NCBI GenBank assembly: GCA_022703195.1
Contig: JAKLEF010000001.1
Coordinates: 1-26,948, forward strand
DNA: 26,948 nt
Source: Candidatus Fermentibacterota bacterium
Lineage (GTDB): Bacteria; Fermentibacterota; Fermentibacteria; Fermentibacterales; Fermentibacteraceae
Direction: 5' to 3'
Below the pieces are notes generated by a model. That model searched no databases and was not told the origin of the DNA. It saw nothing but the letters and a program-made list of their open reading frames with translations. The translations under genes and the position numbers were made by a program. Below, piece by piece: positions 13,845-23,110 of this stretch. Each line of letters begins with the position of its first letter. The first letter of the stretch is position 1.

Positions 13845-15148
13845 TTCCATCCCGCGGACCTCGTGAACAGAAAGTCGACGCCTCCTGCCGCGACGTCCAC
13901 GGTACCGCTCCAGACCGCCACCCCGCCCAGTTCGACCGAGAGGTCCCTGCGCCCTTCGGGCAGCGTGATCCTCGCGACGTGGATGCGTGCCGGAAGCGTA
14001 AGCCACGCCCTGAGGTCGGCCTGTTCGGTCGCCGCTCCGAGGAGGCTCGCGATGAAACCGGCGCCTTCGGCGAGAAGGCTGTCCTCGTCGCCTGTCAATT
14101 CTTCGACGGCCTCTTCGGCCCCCTCCGCGACGGCTGTTTTCACGATGGCCCTGGCCACCGCGCGCGCGAGGTCCCTCGCGGCCAGGTCCTCCAGGTTCCT
14201 CGAGGCTATGGCGGAGAGGTCCTCGGCGAGGAAGCCCTCCTCGGAGAGCCCTCCCGACCGCACGACGAGCCTGGGCGAGTCGTACCTGTAGTAGTGGATC
14301 GAGGGGACGGCTATCCTGACGAGCCTGTCCTCGCCCCATGACTGGACGGTGCTGGGCTGCCGGCAGGGTATCATCGACTCCTCGACGATCACGACATACT
14401 CGCCGTTCAGGCTGTCCGCCCCGACGTGCCAGGCGATGCCCGGCCAGCTCTGCGCGAATCCGTCATGCAGGTCGGAGAAACCCGGCAGGGCGGCCGAGAC
14501 CCGCAGGATGTCTGCCTTGACGCGGTCCGGCACCCCGAGCCCGTACAGCCCTTCGTAGTCGGACTCGTAGATCTCGAGGCTGTTACGGTAGGCCACCAGG
14601 GCGTCGTCGAGATCACCGGTGCTCTCGTAGAGGGCTCCCATGAGATACCGGACGAACGCGTCGTCCCTGTAGCGCGAGGCCTCCTCGTAGCGCTCGCGGA
14701 GGACGCCCAGCTTGTAGCCCACCCGCCTGCACTCGACGAGGGCCTCCGAGGGCTGACCCAGCATCGTATAGCACGATGCCAGGCAGTAGTTTATGAAGAC
14801 CCTCTCGTAGTCGGCCCCCCTGTAGGCACGGGTCAGGTCGCTTGTGAGGAGCGCGCCGGCCTCCTCGGCCAGGTCGGTGCCCACCAGCATGTCCGAGAGC
14901 CTGTCAGCCTCGAGCAGCAGCGGGATGGCCTCCGAGGGCCTTCCGGCCAGCCTGAGCAGGTTCCCCTTCTCCATCAGGAAGAGGAGCCTGTCACCCCCGG
15001 TGCTGTCGGGGAACTGCTCGTCGAACGACCTGAGCGCCTCTCCGGGCATGTCCGACGCGAGCCTCGACCTGACCGGCCGCATGGATTCCGTGTAGTCCAC
15101 GGCGCAGCCCAGGGGCAGAAGGAGGAGCAGCGCTGCGAGGGCCTTCAT
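13841..15148 (-). CDS. COG3014-like TPR lipoprotein
   Basis: 435 aa; lipobox LPLG-C; DRLLFLMEKG, YRGADYERVFINY, DAFVRYLMGALYE, ADLRAWLTLP; adjacent to an LpoB-like gene. Confidence 0.75.
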   Translation of the reverse strand: MKALAALLLLLPLGCAVDYTESMRPVRSRLASDMPGEALRSFDEQFPDSTGGDRLLFLMEKGNLLRLAGRPSEAIPLLLEADRLSDMLVGTDLAEEAGALLTSDLTRAYRGADYERVFINYCLASCYTMLGQPSEALVECRRVGYKLGVLRERYEEASRYRDDAFVRYLMGALYESTGDLDDALVAYRNSLEIYESDYEGLYGLGVPDRVKADILRVSAALPGFSDLHDGFAQSWPGIAWHVGADSLNGEYVVIVEESMIPCRQPSTVQSWGEDRLVRIAVPSIHYYRYDSPRLVVRSGGLSEEGFLAEDLSAIASRNLEDLAARDLARAVARAIVKTAVAEGAEEAVEELTGDEDSLLAEGAGFIASLLGAATEQADLRAWLTLPARIHVARITLPEGRRDLSVELGGVAVWSGTVDVAAGGVDFLFTRSAGWK

Positions 15149-15155
15149 CCAGCTC

Positions 15156-15764
15156 TCACCACTCCACTATCTTCTTGATCTCCAGGTTGCCCATCCAGGC
15201 CTTGCGGATGGTCTCGACGTCGGTCAGGTCGAGGGAGATCGTGTAGTACACGGCCCTGGTGTCCCCGCTCTCGTCGATGATCGAGTCGAGCGTGCCCATC
15301 ATGATGTAGTCGGCCCCCAGCTCGCGCCCGAACTCGGCCGCAGTCTCGGGGGAGCCGAAGCGCTGCTGGTCCTCGCGCTCTCCGCGGATCTCGCCGCGCT
15401 CCGTCCTGGCGGCTACCACGTCCACGCGGCCTGACTCGATGAAGGCCCTCTCGATCTCGTTCATGAACACGTCGGTGGAGATGTGCTCGGTGGTGCGGTT
15501 GAGCACGCTGCCGACGACGATAACCGGCCTGTCGCCGCGCTGGTCGCCGTTGAAGTCGGTGAGCCAGGAGCCCGCCATGCAGATCTCGATCATCGAGTCC
15601 GCCACCATCCTCGCGTCGGTGTCGTTCCACCAGCCGCTCAGATCGGTGACGGTCTCCGGATCGGTCCTGGTGACCGTCCGCCCGCAGCCGGACACGGCGA
15701 GCAGGGTCGCGGAGGCCAGAGCGATCAGAAGCCTTCTGTCCACGGGTCGACCGTCCTCTCTCAT
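15156..15764 (-). CDS. lpoB: Penicillin-binding protein activator LpoB-like lipoprotein
   Basis: 202 aa from ATG 15764 (ATGA overlap); lipobox VSG-C; DLSGWWNDTD, NRTTEHI, GRELGADY, YTISLDLTDVET. Confidence 0.75.
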   Translation of the reverse strand: MREDGRPVDRRLLIALASATLLAVSGCGRTVTRTDPETVTDLSGWWNDTDARMVADSMIEICMAGSWLTDFNGDQRGDRPVIVVGSVLNRTTEHISTDVFMNEIERAFIESGRVDVVAARTERGEIRGEREDQQRFGSPETAAEFGRELGADYIMMGTLDSIIDESGDTRAVYYTISLDLTDVETIRKAWMGNLEIKKIVEW

Positions 15765-16555
15765 CTCGATGCCGCCAGGGGCAGTGGCACCACTCCCCTG
15801 AAGGCCACGTTGAAGTAACCGCTGCCGGCATCTGCGATCCCGGTGCCGCCCGGGCGGAACAGCGTCGCGCAGGGGGCGTCGGCGCCACGCGCCACATCCG
15901 CCGGGGAACCCGGGAGCGAGCCGGTCCACTCCCACATCACGCGCTCGGAGGCGGTGCTGTATCCGGCGAACATGGCCTGCGTCGACAGCCTTCCGAGCAT
16001 CGATCCCATCGACTCTTCCATCATGTCGGCATACGTGCTCATCACGGAGAACACGTCCACTTCGGCAACAAGGCCGTTCCTGGCAGCGAGGGCGAGCTCG
16101 GCCGCGGAAGGGAGCCTCCTGCCCTCGGATGCCAGGTAGCCCCTGGCGCCATCGAGGGTCAAAGAGGCCGCCGGCAGGGCCATGCAGGCCTGGGGCACGG
16201 TGAGCCCCGAGCCCGAGGCGTCGCCCGTGAACGGGGTGTATCTCAGGAACTGGAAGTTCTCGTCATACTGACCGGTGATGACGGCCGCGAGCCCCTCCCC
16301 GTCCGTGAAGGCCCCGTTGAGCCAGGGCAGGACATCTTCGTAGGACACGGCCGCGGAGTCGACGTAGAAGGACGGAACGGTGCACGTGACCCCGTCTACG
16401 GTGATGGTGTCGCCCGGCACGAAGGCCATCCCGGATGGAGGCTCGGGTATGAGGCACCGCGGGCAGAAGGCTTCGTCGACTCCGCCTCCGCACGAGGGGC
16501 ACACCCATGCCGCCGAGAGAACGAGAAGGATGAAGGCAGTCAAGTCTCCAAGCAC
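15761..16555 (-). CDS. Exported protein with N-terminal double zinc ribbon and degenerate formylglycine-generating-enzyme (FGE/SUMF1)-like domain
   Basis: Hydrophobic N-terminus; CPSC...CPRC; GMAFVPG, SFYVD, RRLPSAAE, MWEW, NVAFRGV. Start GTG 16555 or TTG 16543. Confidence 0.65.
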   Translation of the reverse strand: MLGDLTAFILLVLSAAWVCPSCGGGVDEAFCPRCLIPEPPSGMAFVPGDTITVDGVTCTVPSFYVDSAAVSYEDVLPWLNGAFTDGEGLAAVITGQYDENFQFLRYTPFTGDASGSGLTVPQACMALPAASLTLDGARGYLASEGRRLPSAAELALAARNGLVAEVDVFSVMSTYADMMEESMGSMLGRLSTQAMFAGYSTASERVMWEWTGSLPGSPADVARGADAPCATLFRPGGTGIADAGSGYFNVAFRGVVPLPLAASR

Positions 16556-16630
16556 CTCCAGGGCCAGTTGCCGGGCCCGCCCTCCGGTACTACCTGACCG
16601 GCCGGGCGCGGTTCCAGCGCTTCGGGGCCG

Positions 16631-19510
16631 TCAGAACGAGGCCCCCAGCGAGACGTAGTGCACGGGCTTCTCCGAGACGCCCGAGAGGTCGGTGGCCCAG
16701 GCCGTGTCCTCCCTCAGCAGGAATATGCCCAGATTCGCCCTGAAACCGAAGCCGAAGCCCATCCCGATGTCCTCCAGCCTGAACCCGTCGTCGGCTTCGA
16801 CCCCCACGAAGGAGGACGGGTCGTCGAAGGCCGTTCCCGCGTCGGCGAAGATGACGCCCCTGATGCTCGAGAAAGTCATCGGGAGGGGAGCGTCGATCGA
16901 GAGCGTCCTCACGAAGGGCACCCTCAGCTCGACTGAGGTCGAGACGTAGTTCCTGCCGGAGAGCTCTGTGTAGTCCAGGCCCCTGAGCATGTCGCCGTAG
17001 TTCGTGTAGAACCCGAGGATGTCCTCGAACTCCTCCGTCTCGCCGGTCATCACCCTGTGGGGCACGGCGCCGCCCACGAGGAACCTCTGGGGCTCCGAAC
17101 CCCAGCTCGACGCCCCTGCGACCCTGAGGGCGAGGGAGCTCCGCGAACTCATCCAGACGTACTTCCTGAGGTCGGCCGAAACCGTGGTGTACTGCACCAT
17201 GCCGTCCCATCCGGGGGCAGCCTCGACGCCGACGGAGAGCCTCTCGCCGAGCCTGGGGCCCACGTGGTCCCACAGCGCGGTGTCGACCACGAACCTGGCG
17301 AAGAACGACAGGATGTCCGAGGCGTAGTCGGCGTCGGAGTTCCAGACCCCGTCCCTCGTGATGTGCCTGAAGTCGACCCCGCCCAGGGCGTTCACGGCCA
17401 TCGTGAACGGGTACCTGACCACCGCCCCGCCTCCGGTGTCCACGTCGCGGACCTGCTCGAGATGGTCGTCGGGGAACCTGAAGAGGTACTGGGTCGACTC
17501 GCGGAAGACGTATCCGCCGTAGTCGGCCCTGTGGGGCATGTAGGTGTAGTAGACCGCCGCGTCGGCATCCTCGACCGGCCCGTTGAAGTTGCCGTTGAGC
17601 ACCACCTGGTGGTGCGCCAGCACGTCGCTGAACACGAAGGTCGTGTAGCCCTCGAAGCCGGAGTAGGAGTCGTAGCCGGCCAGGGCGCTGACGTAGTCGG
17701 TCGAGAGAGTGGGGGTGTAGGGCGCGATCCTGACGGGCTGCCCGGCCACGGCCTCCACCGGGGCCGTACGGGCCGGGGCCTCCTCCACAAGGGCCTGCAT
17801 CGCGCCCGTGCGGTTCGATGAGCCGTCCCGCGGATCGGCGGGCGAGGGCTCCTGGGCGATCCGGTCCAGGACCCCGTAGGCCAGATAGACCCCGTAGCCC
17901 GGCCAGCTCACCGACGTGAACGAGAGCACCCTGCCGGAATCGGCCCAGGAGGGCGAGTCGATGGATGTGTAGAGGTTGGAGAGGCGCCTCACCGCACCGG
18001 TCGAATCGCACAGGAAGAGATCGGGGAGGCCGCCCGGGTTCCCGAGGAAGGCGATGCCTTCCGGAGTGTCCGCCGGATACCTGATCTCGCTGGTCTCCCT
18101 GTGGACGACCTCGAACGAGGGCTCTCCGCCGGCGGCGCCCGGATCTATTCGGAGGACGGCCCAGGAACCGCTGCCCGGCTCCTCCGACGCTGCCAGGATG
18201 GTCGATCCGGACCAGGAGATGTCGCGCTCGCCGTCGGGCGTGTCCGTCACGCGCCGCGGAAGGCCCCCGTCCCAGACGAAGACGTCCGTGGCCGCCGCCG
18301 ATCCGTCCATGCCGCAGAAGGCTATGGCCCTGCCGTCGGGTGACCAGACAGGGTCCCGGATCAGGTCCATCCGGAAGGGGAGCTCCTCGGTGCCCCCGGG
18401 GGTGGAGATGAGGAGCATGTCGGAACTGACGCCGTGGACGGCGATCGCGAGGGAGTCGCCGCCCGGCGAGAACCCGCAGACCCTGTAGGCCGGAGAGATG
18501 CCGGTGTTGGAGAGCCCGCCGGAGGACACGCACCGCCTTATCACCTCGCCCGTCACGGCCGACCTGACCACCACCGAGTATCCGCCCCTGTAGCCCTCGA
18601 CGCCGGCCACCATCGAGCCGTCGCGGGAGATGACTGTCACCGCCTGGGTGAGGTTGCCGTGGTCTCCGTCCTCGATGACCCTTCCCAGGTCGGACGGGTT
18701 CTCGCGCGTCGCGAGCTGGGCCCAGTAGGTCTCCCTCGCCCATTCCTGGAACCTGGCGTCGAACTGGGCCAGGCTCATGTCGAAAGCCTCCTCCACGGCA
18801 TCCGGGAGCCCTCCCCTGTCGGCGATGTTCCGGACGAACTCGTGGAACCGGTCGATCCCGTACCTCTCGACCATGAAGCGGTAGATGGCCTGCCCCTCGC
18901 GGTAGACGAGATAGTCGCCGCGGTTGGACAGTTCCTCTATCGAGACGATCTGGCCCGTGATGATCATGTCGCGGAACTCCGCCTCGGAGGCGGGGTCCCA
19001 GCCGGCGGACGTGTACTCTGCCAGGCCCTCGATGGTCCAGAGCGGGGTCGTGCTCATGATGATGTCCTGCAGGCTCCGCCTGTAGAGCATGTCGAAGACG
19101 TAGGCGTGGTTGATCTCGTGGGTCAGGACATGCCTGAACTCCGTCCACGAGCCGGTGAAGGGCACCACGACCCTGCCCTTGAAGTACTCGGTGAAGCCCC
19201 CCACGGCCTCGTCTATCTCGGAATCGATGATCGGGGTCTGGCGGAACGAGCCGGGGGACGGGTAGGCTACCACGGGGACGGGATGCTCGGGCAGGAACCC
19301 GAACTCGGCCGATAGCTCGTCCAGCTCCGCGGATGAGATGGCGAGCACGCTCTCGGCCAGGGCTTCGCACCCCATGGGGTAGTAGAGGTCGACCCGGGGG
19401 GAGGAGATAGTCCACCATTCGTACCCCTCGATCTGGATCTTGCTCCTCCCGTAGGAGGTGGCGGAAGCGACCGAACAGGCGACGAGCAGAGCGGTGGTGC
19501 AGACTTTCAT
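16631..19510 (-). CDS. Outer-membrane protein: zinc metallopeptidase (HExxH) + PD40/TolB-like propeller + Omp85-type beta-barrel
   Basis: 959 aa; signal peptide; THEINH ... WTIEGLAEY; repeats FSPGGDSLA, PVWSPDGRAIAF, PSWADSG; C-terminal GFGFGFRANLG...HYVSLGASF ending in Phe. Confidence 0.82.
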   Translation of the reverse strand: MKVCTTALLVACSVASATSYGRSKIQIEGYEWWTISSPRVDLYYPMGCEALAESVLAISSAELDELSAEFGFLPEHPVPVVAYPSPGSFRQTPIIDSEIDEAVGGFTEYFKGRVVVPFTGSWTEFRHVLTHEINHAYVFDMLYRRSLQDIIMSTTPLWTIEGLAEYTSAGWDPASEAEFRDMIITGQIVSIEELSNRGDYLVYREGQAIYRFMVERYGIDRFHEFVRNIADRGGLPDAVEEAFDMSLAQFDARFQEWARETYWAQLATRENPSDLGRVIEDGDHGNLTQAVTVISRDGSMVAGVEGYRGGYSVVVRSAVTGEVIRRCVSSGGLSNTGISPAYRVCGFSPGGDSLAIAVHGVSSDMLLISTPGGTEELPFRMDLIRDPVWSPDGRAIAFCGMDGSAAATDVFVWDGGLPRRVTDTPDGERDISWSGSTILAASEEPGSGSWAVLRIDPGAAGGEPSFEVVHRETSEIRYPADTPEGIAFLGNPGGLPDLFLCDSTGAVRRLSNLYTSIDSPSWADSGRVLSFTSVSWPGYGVYLAYGVLDRIAQEPSPADPRDGSSNRTGAMQALVEEAPARTAPVEAVAGQPVRIAPYTPTLSTDYVSALAGYDSYSGFEGYTTFVFSDVLAHHQVVLNGNFNGPVEDADAAVYYTYMPHRADYGGYVFRESTQYLFRFPDDHLEQVRDVDTGGGAVVRYPFTMAVNALGGVDFRHITRDGVWNSDADYASDILSFFARFVVDTALWDHVGPRLGERLSVGVEAAPGWDGMVQYTTVSADLRKYVWMSSRSSLALRVAGASSWGSEPQRFLVGGAVPHRVMTGETEEFEDILGFYTNYGDMLRGLDYTELSGRNYVSTSVELRVPFVRTLSIDAPLPMTFSSIRGVIFADAGTAFDDPSSFVGVEADDGFRLEDIGMGFGFGFRANLGIFLLREDTAWATDLSGVSEKPVHYVSLGASF

Positions 19511-19589
19511 TCATCGCCTCCCCTGGCTGTACCGGACCCCTCGACGAGGCTATACTGACGCCCGACTGAAAAGGTCCCGGAAAGGGAAT

Positions 19590-19973
19590 ATGACGACCGA
19601 CGCCCCGATCCGCTCTGCAGCCCCCGGATTCGCCCTGGCCGCCGCCCTCTCGGCGGCGCTGGCGGCTTCCGCATGCTCGAAGCCGGGCGGGAACGCCATC
19701 CCGGGGGAGGACAGGGAGTACCTGGAGAACTGGGCATCAAGGCTGGCCCCCTCTATGGTGCTGCCCGAAACCTGCGCGCCTGCGCCCGACACGGCCGGCA
19801 TCTCCGAACTGATAGCGCTGTGCGATGCGAACCCGGACTACTATCTCTATTTCTACGGCTGCCTGAAGGATTCGATCTCGTCTGTGACGCCCCCGGACCC
19901 CGGCTGCCTGACCGACACCGTACCGGAGATCCGGATGCCCGATTCGCTCACGAACCGGGCTGGTTCACCCTGA
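19590..19973 (+). CDS. Hypothetical lipoprotein
   Basis: 127 aa from ATG 19590 (AAAGGGA upstream; TATACT at 19551-19556 possible -10); signal with lipobox AASA-C; 3' end overlaps the rseP stop region by 26 nt. Confidence 0.55.
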   Translation: MTTDAPIRSAAPGFALAAALSAALAASACSKPGGNAIPGEDREYLENWASRLAPSMVLPETCAPAPDTAGISELIALCDANPDYYLYFYGCLKDSISSVTPPDPGCLTDTVPEIRMPDSLTNRAGSP

Positions 19974-21204
19974 GGAACAGCCGGGCGACGTCGCGCCACA
20001 TTATAAGCACGAACAGAGCCAGTATGAAGAGAACGCCCACCTGCTGCATGACCTGGATCGCCCGCCCCGAGAGCCTCCTCCTCGTGATACCCTCGTAGAG
20101 GAGCAGAAGCATCTGCCCTCCGTCGAGGATCGGGATCGGGAGGAGGTTGAAGCACATGACGGCCAGCGAGATGCCAGCCACGGCCTCAAGGAGCCTGCCC
20201 AGCCCCTTTCCGGCCTCCTGGTCGAGGGTCTCGGCGACGAAGATCGGCCCTCCGGACATCTCGACCAGCTCCCTGGGGCGCGAGAAGACCGTGGCCAGCG
20301 ACCTGAAGATCATCACGGCCCCGCCGGTGGCCGACTTCACCGAGTAGAGAAGGGCTTCGGGCACGGGATACCTGAGATTCTCGACCGGGGTGCTCGCCAC
20401 GACGCCGATCCTTACCATACCCTCGATCTCCACGGGGCGCAGTCTGGCGGTGTAGACCGAACCGTCCCGCATGTACCCGATCGTCATCTCACGGCCGCGG
20501 GCGCCTTCGACCATCCCCAGAAGGTCGGACCATGAGCCGACCGTGTCTCCGTCGACGGTGAGCACGCTGTCGCCCGCCCTGATGCCGGCTTCGTAGGCCG
20601 GCATGCCGATGAGGCTCTCCCCCACCACCGGGGGGAGCATCGGGACGAAACCCGGCGTCTCCTCCAGCCCGCCGAGGCCGTATGCGGCCGTGACCCTGCC
20701 CGATGCAGTCCCGACGGTGATCTCGCCCGACAGGTCCCCGGACATGGCGGCGGCCACGGCGGCGTAGTCGGCGGTCGGGACGCCGTTCACCGCCAGCACG
20801 GTATCCCCAGGCGCCAGGCCGAGGAGGTTCCCGCCCTCCCCGACGATGTTCGAGAAGACCGAGACCTGCTGCCCCACGACTGCCAGGACGAGGAAGAAGA
20901 GGACGATCGCGAGGAGGAGGTTGAAGAGCGGGCCGCAGGCGGCCGTGAGCAGCCGGAGGTACCAGGGGCCGTCGGGAGCGGTCTCGCCGGATGTCCCGAG
21001 GTCCACCTTCACGTAGCCCCCGAGCGGGATCGCGCCGATGCAGTACTCGGTCTTCCGCCCCCTGATCTTCACGATGTGCGGGGGGAAGCCCATCGAGAAC
21101 CGCTCGACCGGCAGGCCCGAGAGCCTGGCCGCGACGAAGTGCCCGAGCTCGTGGAAGAAGATGATCGCACCGAATCCGGCGATGGCCGCCAGCACCGTCA
21201 GCAT
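19948..21204 (-). CDS. rseP: RIP metalloprotease RseP (M50, PDZ domains)
   Basis: 418 aa; HELGH, ERFSMGF, IPLGGYVK, GPLFN, NLLPIPILDGG; follows dxr. Confidence 0.95.
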   Translation of the reverse strand: MLTVLAAIAGFGAIIFFHELGHFVAARLSGLPVERFSMGFPPHIVKIRGRKTEYCIGAIPLGGYVKVDLGTSGETAPDGPWYLRLLTAACGPLFNLLLAIVLFFLVLAVVGQQVSVFSNIVGEGGNLLGLAPGDTVLAVNGVPTADYAAVAAAMSGDLSGEITVGTASGRVTAAYGLGGLEETPGFVPMLPPVVGESLIGMPAYEAGIRAGDSVLTVDGDTVGSWSDLLGMVEGARGREMTIGYMRDGSVYTARLRPVEIEGMVRIGVVASTPVENLRYPVPEALLYSVKSATGGAVMIFRSLATVFSRPRELVEMSGGPIFVAETLDQEAGKGLGRLLEAVAGISLAVMCFNLLPIPILDGGQMLLLLYEGITRRRLSGRAIQVMQQVGVLFILALFVLIMWRDVARLFLRVNQPGS

Positions 21205-22289
21205 GAGCCCTCCAGGAAGGCCCGGGCCAGGGCCCTGGCCTCCTCGTCAGCATCAACAATATCCCGATATGAGCGTGCCGCCCGGGGAGCCGTGCGCTCG
21301 AGAACGTGCTCGATCACGCGGGCGATCCCGCCGAAGAGTATCCTTCCCGCGAGGAAGGCCGCAACGGCCTCCTCGTCGGCGGCGTTCGCGGCGGCGGGTG
21401 CCGTGCCCCCGAGCCTGCCGGCCCCCTTCACGAGCCCGAAGGCGGGGTATCTCCGGGGGTCTATCTCCCCGAAGCGGAGGGCTGGCCAGTCAGCGGGCGA
21501 GTCGTCCGCGACGAGCCCGGGGGCGCCCCCGCCGAGGAGCGCGTACTGGACGGGCAGGCGCATGTCCGGGGTGCCCATGAGCGCCTTCCAGGAGCCGTCA
21601 GCGAGCCTCACGAGCGAATGCGCGATGCTCTGGGGATGGAGCACGGCGTCGACGGGGATGCCGGGGAAGAGCCACTCGGCCTCCAGGACCTCGAACGCCT
21701 TGTTCACCAGCGTAGCGGAATCCACCGTGATCCTCGGCCCCATCCTCCATGTGGGATGTGCGAGCACCTCCGCGGGGCCGGCGCCTTCGGCGGCCTCCGG
21801 AGACGCGTCGCGGAGGGCGCCTCCGCTCGCGGTCAGCGTGATGCCCAGGGGTCTGACGGCCTCCCCCGCCAGGCATCTCGCGATGGTGCTGTGCTCGCTG
21901 TCGACGGGCTCCACCAGACCCCTGGCGACATGCCCCTCGAGCAGGCACCCTCCGGTGACGAGGCTCTCCTTGTTGGCAAGGGCCAGAGGTAGCCCGCGCG
22001 AGGCCGCCATGAGGCTGGCCCGGAGCCCTGCGAACCCCGTGATCGCATTGAGTACGATGTCGCAGCCGTCGAGCGCCCGTTCGAGGATGCCCTCCCCGTC
22101 GGATGCCACGTCGGGACGGATCGCGGCCGGGAATGCGGAGGGGAACTCGGCCGACTGCCGGGCGAGGAGCGCCGTGTTCGACCCGCAGACAAGGGAGTGG
22201 ACGGAGAGAAGGCCGGGGTTGGCGCGCACCACGTCGAGCGCCTGGACCCCGATGGACCCGGTGGACCCGAGGATCGCCACCCTCCTCAC
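21198..22289 (-). CDS. dxr: 1-deoxy-D-xylulose-5-phosphate reductoisomerase
   Basis: 363 aa from GTG 22289 (GTGA overlap); GSTGSIG, LANKESLV, PVDSEH, TASGG, HPTWRMG..ITVDSAT, HPQS. Confidence 0.95.
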   Translation of the reverse strand: MRRVAILGSTGSIGVQALDVVRANPGLLSVHSLVCGSNTALLARQSAEFPSAFPAAIRPDVASDGEGILERALDGCDIVLNAITGFAGLRASLMAASRGLPLALANKESLVTGGCLLEGHVARGLVEPVDSEHSTIARCLAGEAVRPLGITLTASGGALRDASPEAAEGAGPAEVLAHPTWRMGPRITVDSATLVNKAFEVLEAEWLFPGIPVDAVLHPQSIAHSLVRLADGSWKALMGTPDMRLPVQYALLGGGAPGLVADDSPADWPALRFGEIDPRRYPAFGLVKGAGRLGGTAPAAANAADEEAVAAFLAGRILFGGIARVIEHVLERTAPRAARSYRDIVDADEEARALARAFLEGSC

Positions 22290-23110
22290 GAGACCGCCCC
22301 CGCCGCCATCGCGAAGAGCAGCGCAACCGGCGCGGCCGTGGCGATGCTGTCCGTCCTGTCGAGGATACCCCCGTGCCCCGGCAGGAACGTCCCCGAGTCC
22401 TTCACGCCGGCGTCCCTCTTGAAAGCCGATTCCAGAAGGTCGCCGAATGCGCCGGCAAGGCCGCACGAGAACCCCGCTGCGGCCAGGGTCGCCGTTCCCA
22501 GCGGCACGCCTCCGGCAAGGCCGAGCGACATCGCGGCGGCCGTCGATCCGGCGAGGCCCGCCGCGAGACCCTCGACGGTCTTGCCCGGGCTTATACCGGG
22601 CGCCAGCCTGTGCCTGCCGAAGGCGCAGCCCGCGAAGTACGCGGCCGTATCGCCGGCCCAGCAGGAGACCAGGGGCAGCAGTGCGAGCCAGGGGCCTTCG
22701 GAGCCCGCCCGCAGCCTTGCGATCGATCCGAGGCCCAGCGCCCACAGCATCGACATCCAGCCTGCCCCGGCCACCCCGGGGATCGATCCGCCGGGATCGC
22801 CCTTCCTCATCATCGGTATCGCGAGGATCAGGCCGGGAAGAATCAGGGCGAAGGCCCCGAACCGAGGTAGCATGGCGAAGCAGACAGCCGCTGAGGCGGT
22901 GGAGACGGCCTGCGCGATGCGCTCGGCGGCTCCGGCGGAGGGGGATGCGAGCCTCGAGATCTCGCAGCCTGCGCCCGCGGCGGCCAGGGCGCACAGCACG
23001 ATGGTCGGGGCGGATCCGGGCCAGTCGGGCAGGATGGCCAGGAGCACGGCCGCCAGGGCGGCGAGGGCTCCGGCCGAGCGCCTCGCGAGGGCTGGGAACC
23101 GGGCGGTCAC
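22286..23110 (-). CDS. cdsA: Phosphatidate cytidylyltransferase
   Basis: 274 aa from GTG 23110 (GTGA overlap); GDTAAYFAG, ISPGKTVEG, GDLLESAFKRDAGVKDSG..LPGHGGILDR. Confidence 0.93.
   Translation of the reverse strand: MTARFPALARRSAGALAALAAVLLAILPDWPGSAPTIVLCALAAAGAGCEISRLASPSAGAAERIAQAVSTASAAVCFAMLPRFGAFALILPGLILAIPMMRKGDPGGSIPGVAGAGWMSMLWALGLGSIARLRAGSEGPWLALLPLVSCWAGDTAAYFAGCAFGRHRLAPGISPGKTVEGLAAGLAGSTAAAMSLGLAGGVPLGTATLAAAGFSCGLAGAFGDLLESAFKRDAGVKDSGTFLPGHGGILDRTDSIATAAPVALLFAMAAGAVS

Noticed and set aside
16590-19514. 974-aa alternative-frame ORF over the Omp85-like gene
   Set aside because: Arg/Pro/Gly-rich frame shadow; the 16631-19510 frame holds all the domain motifs.
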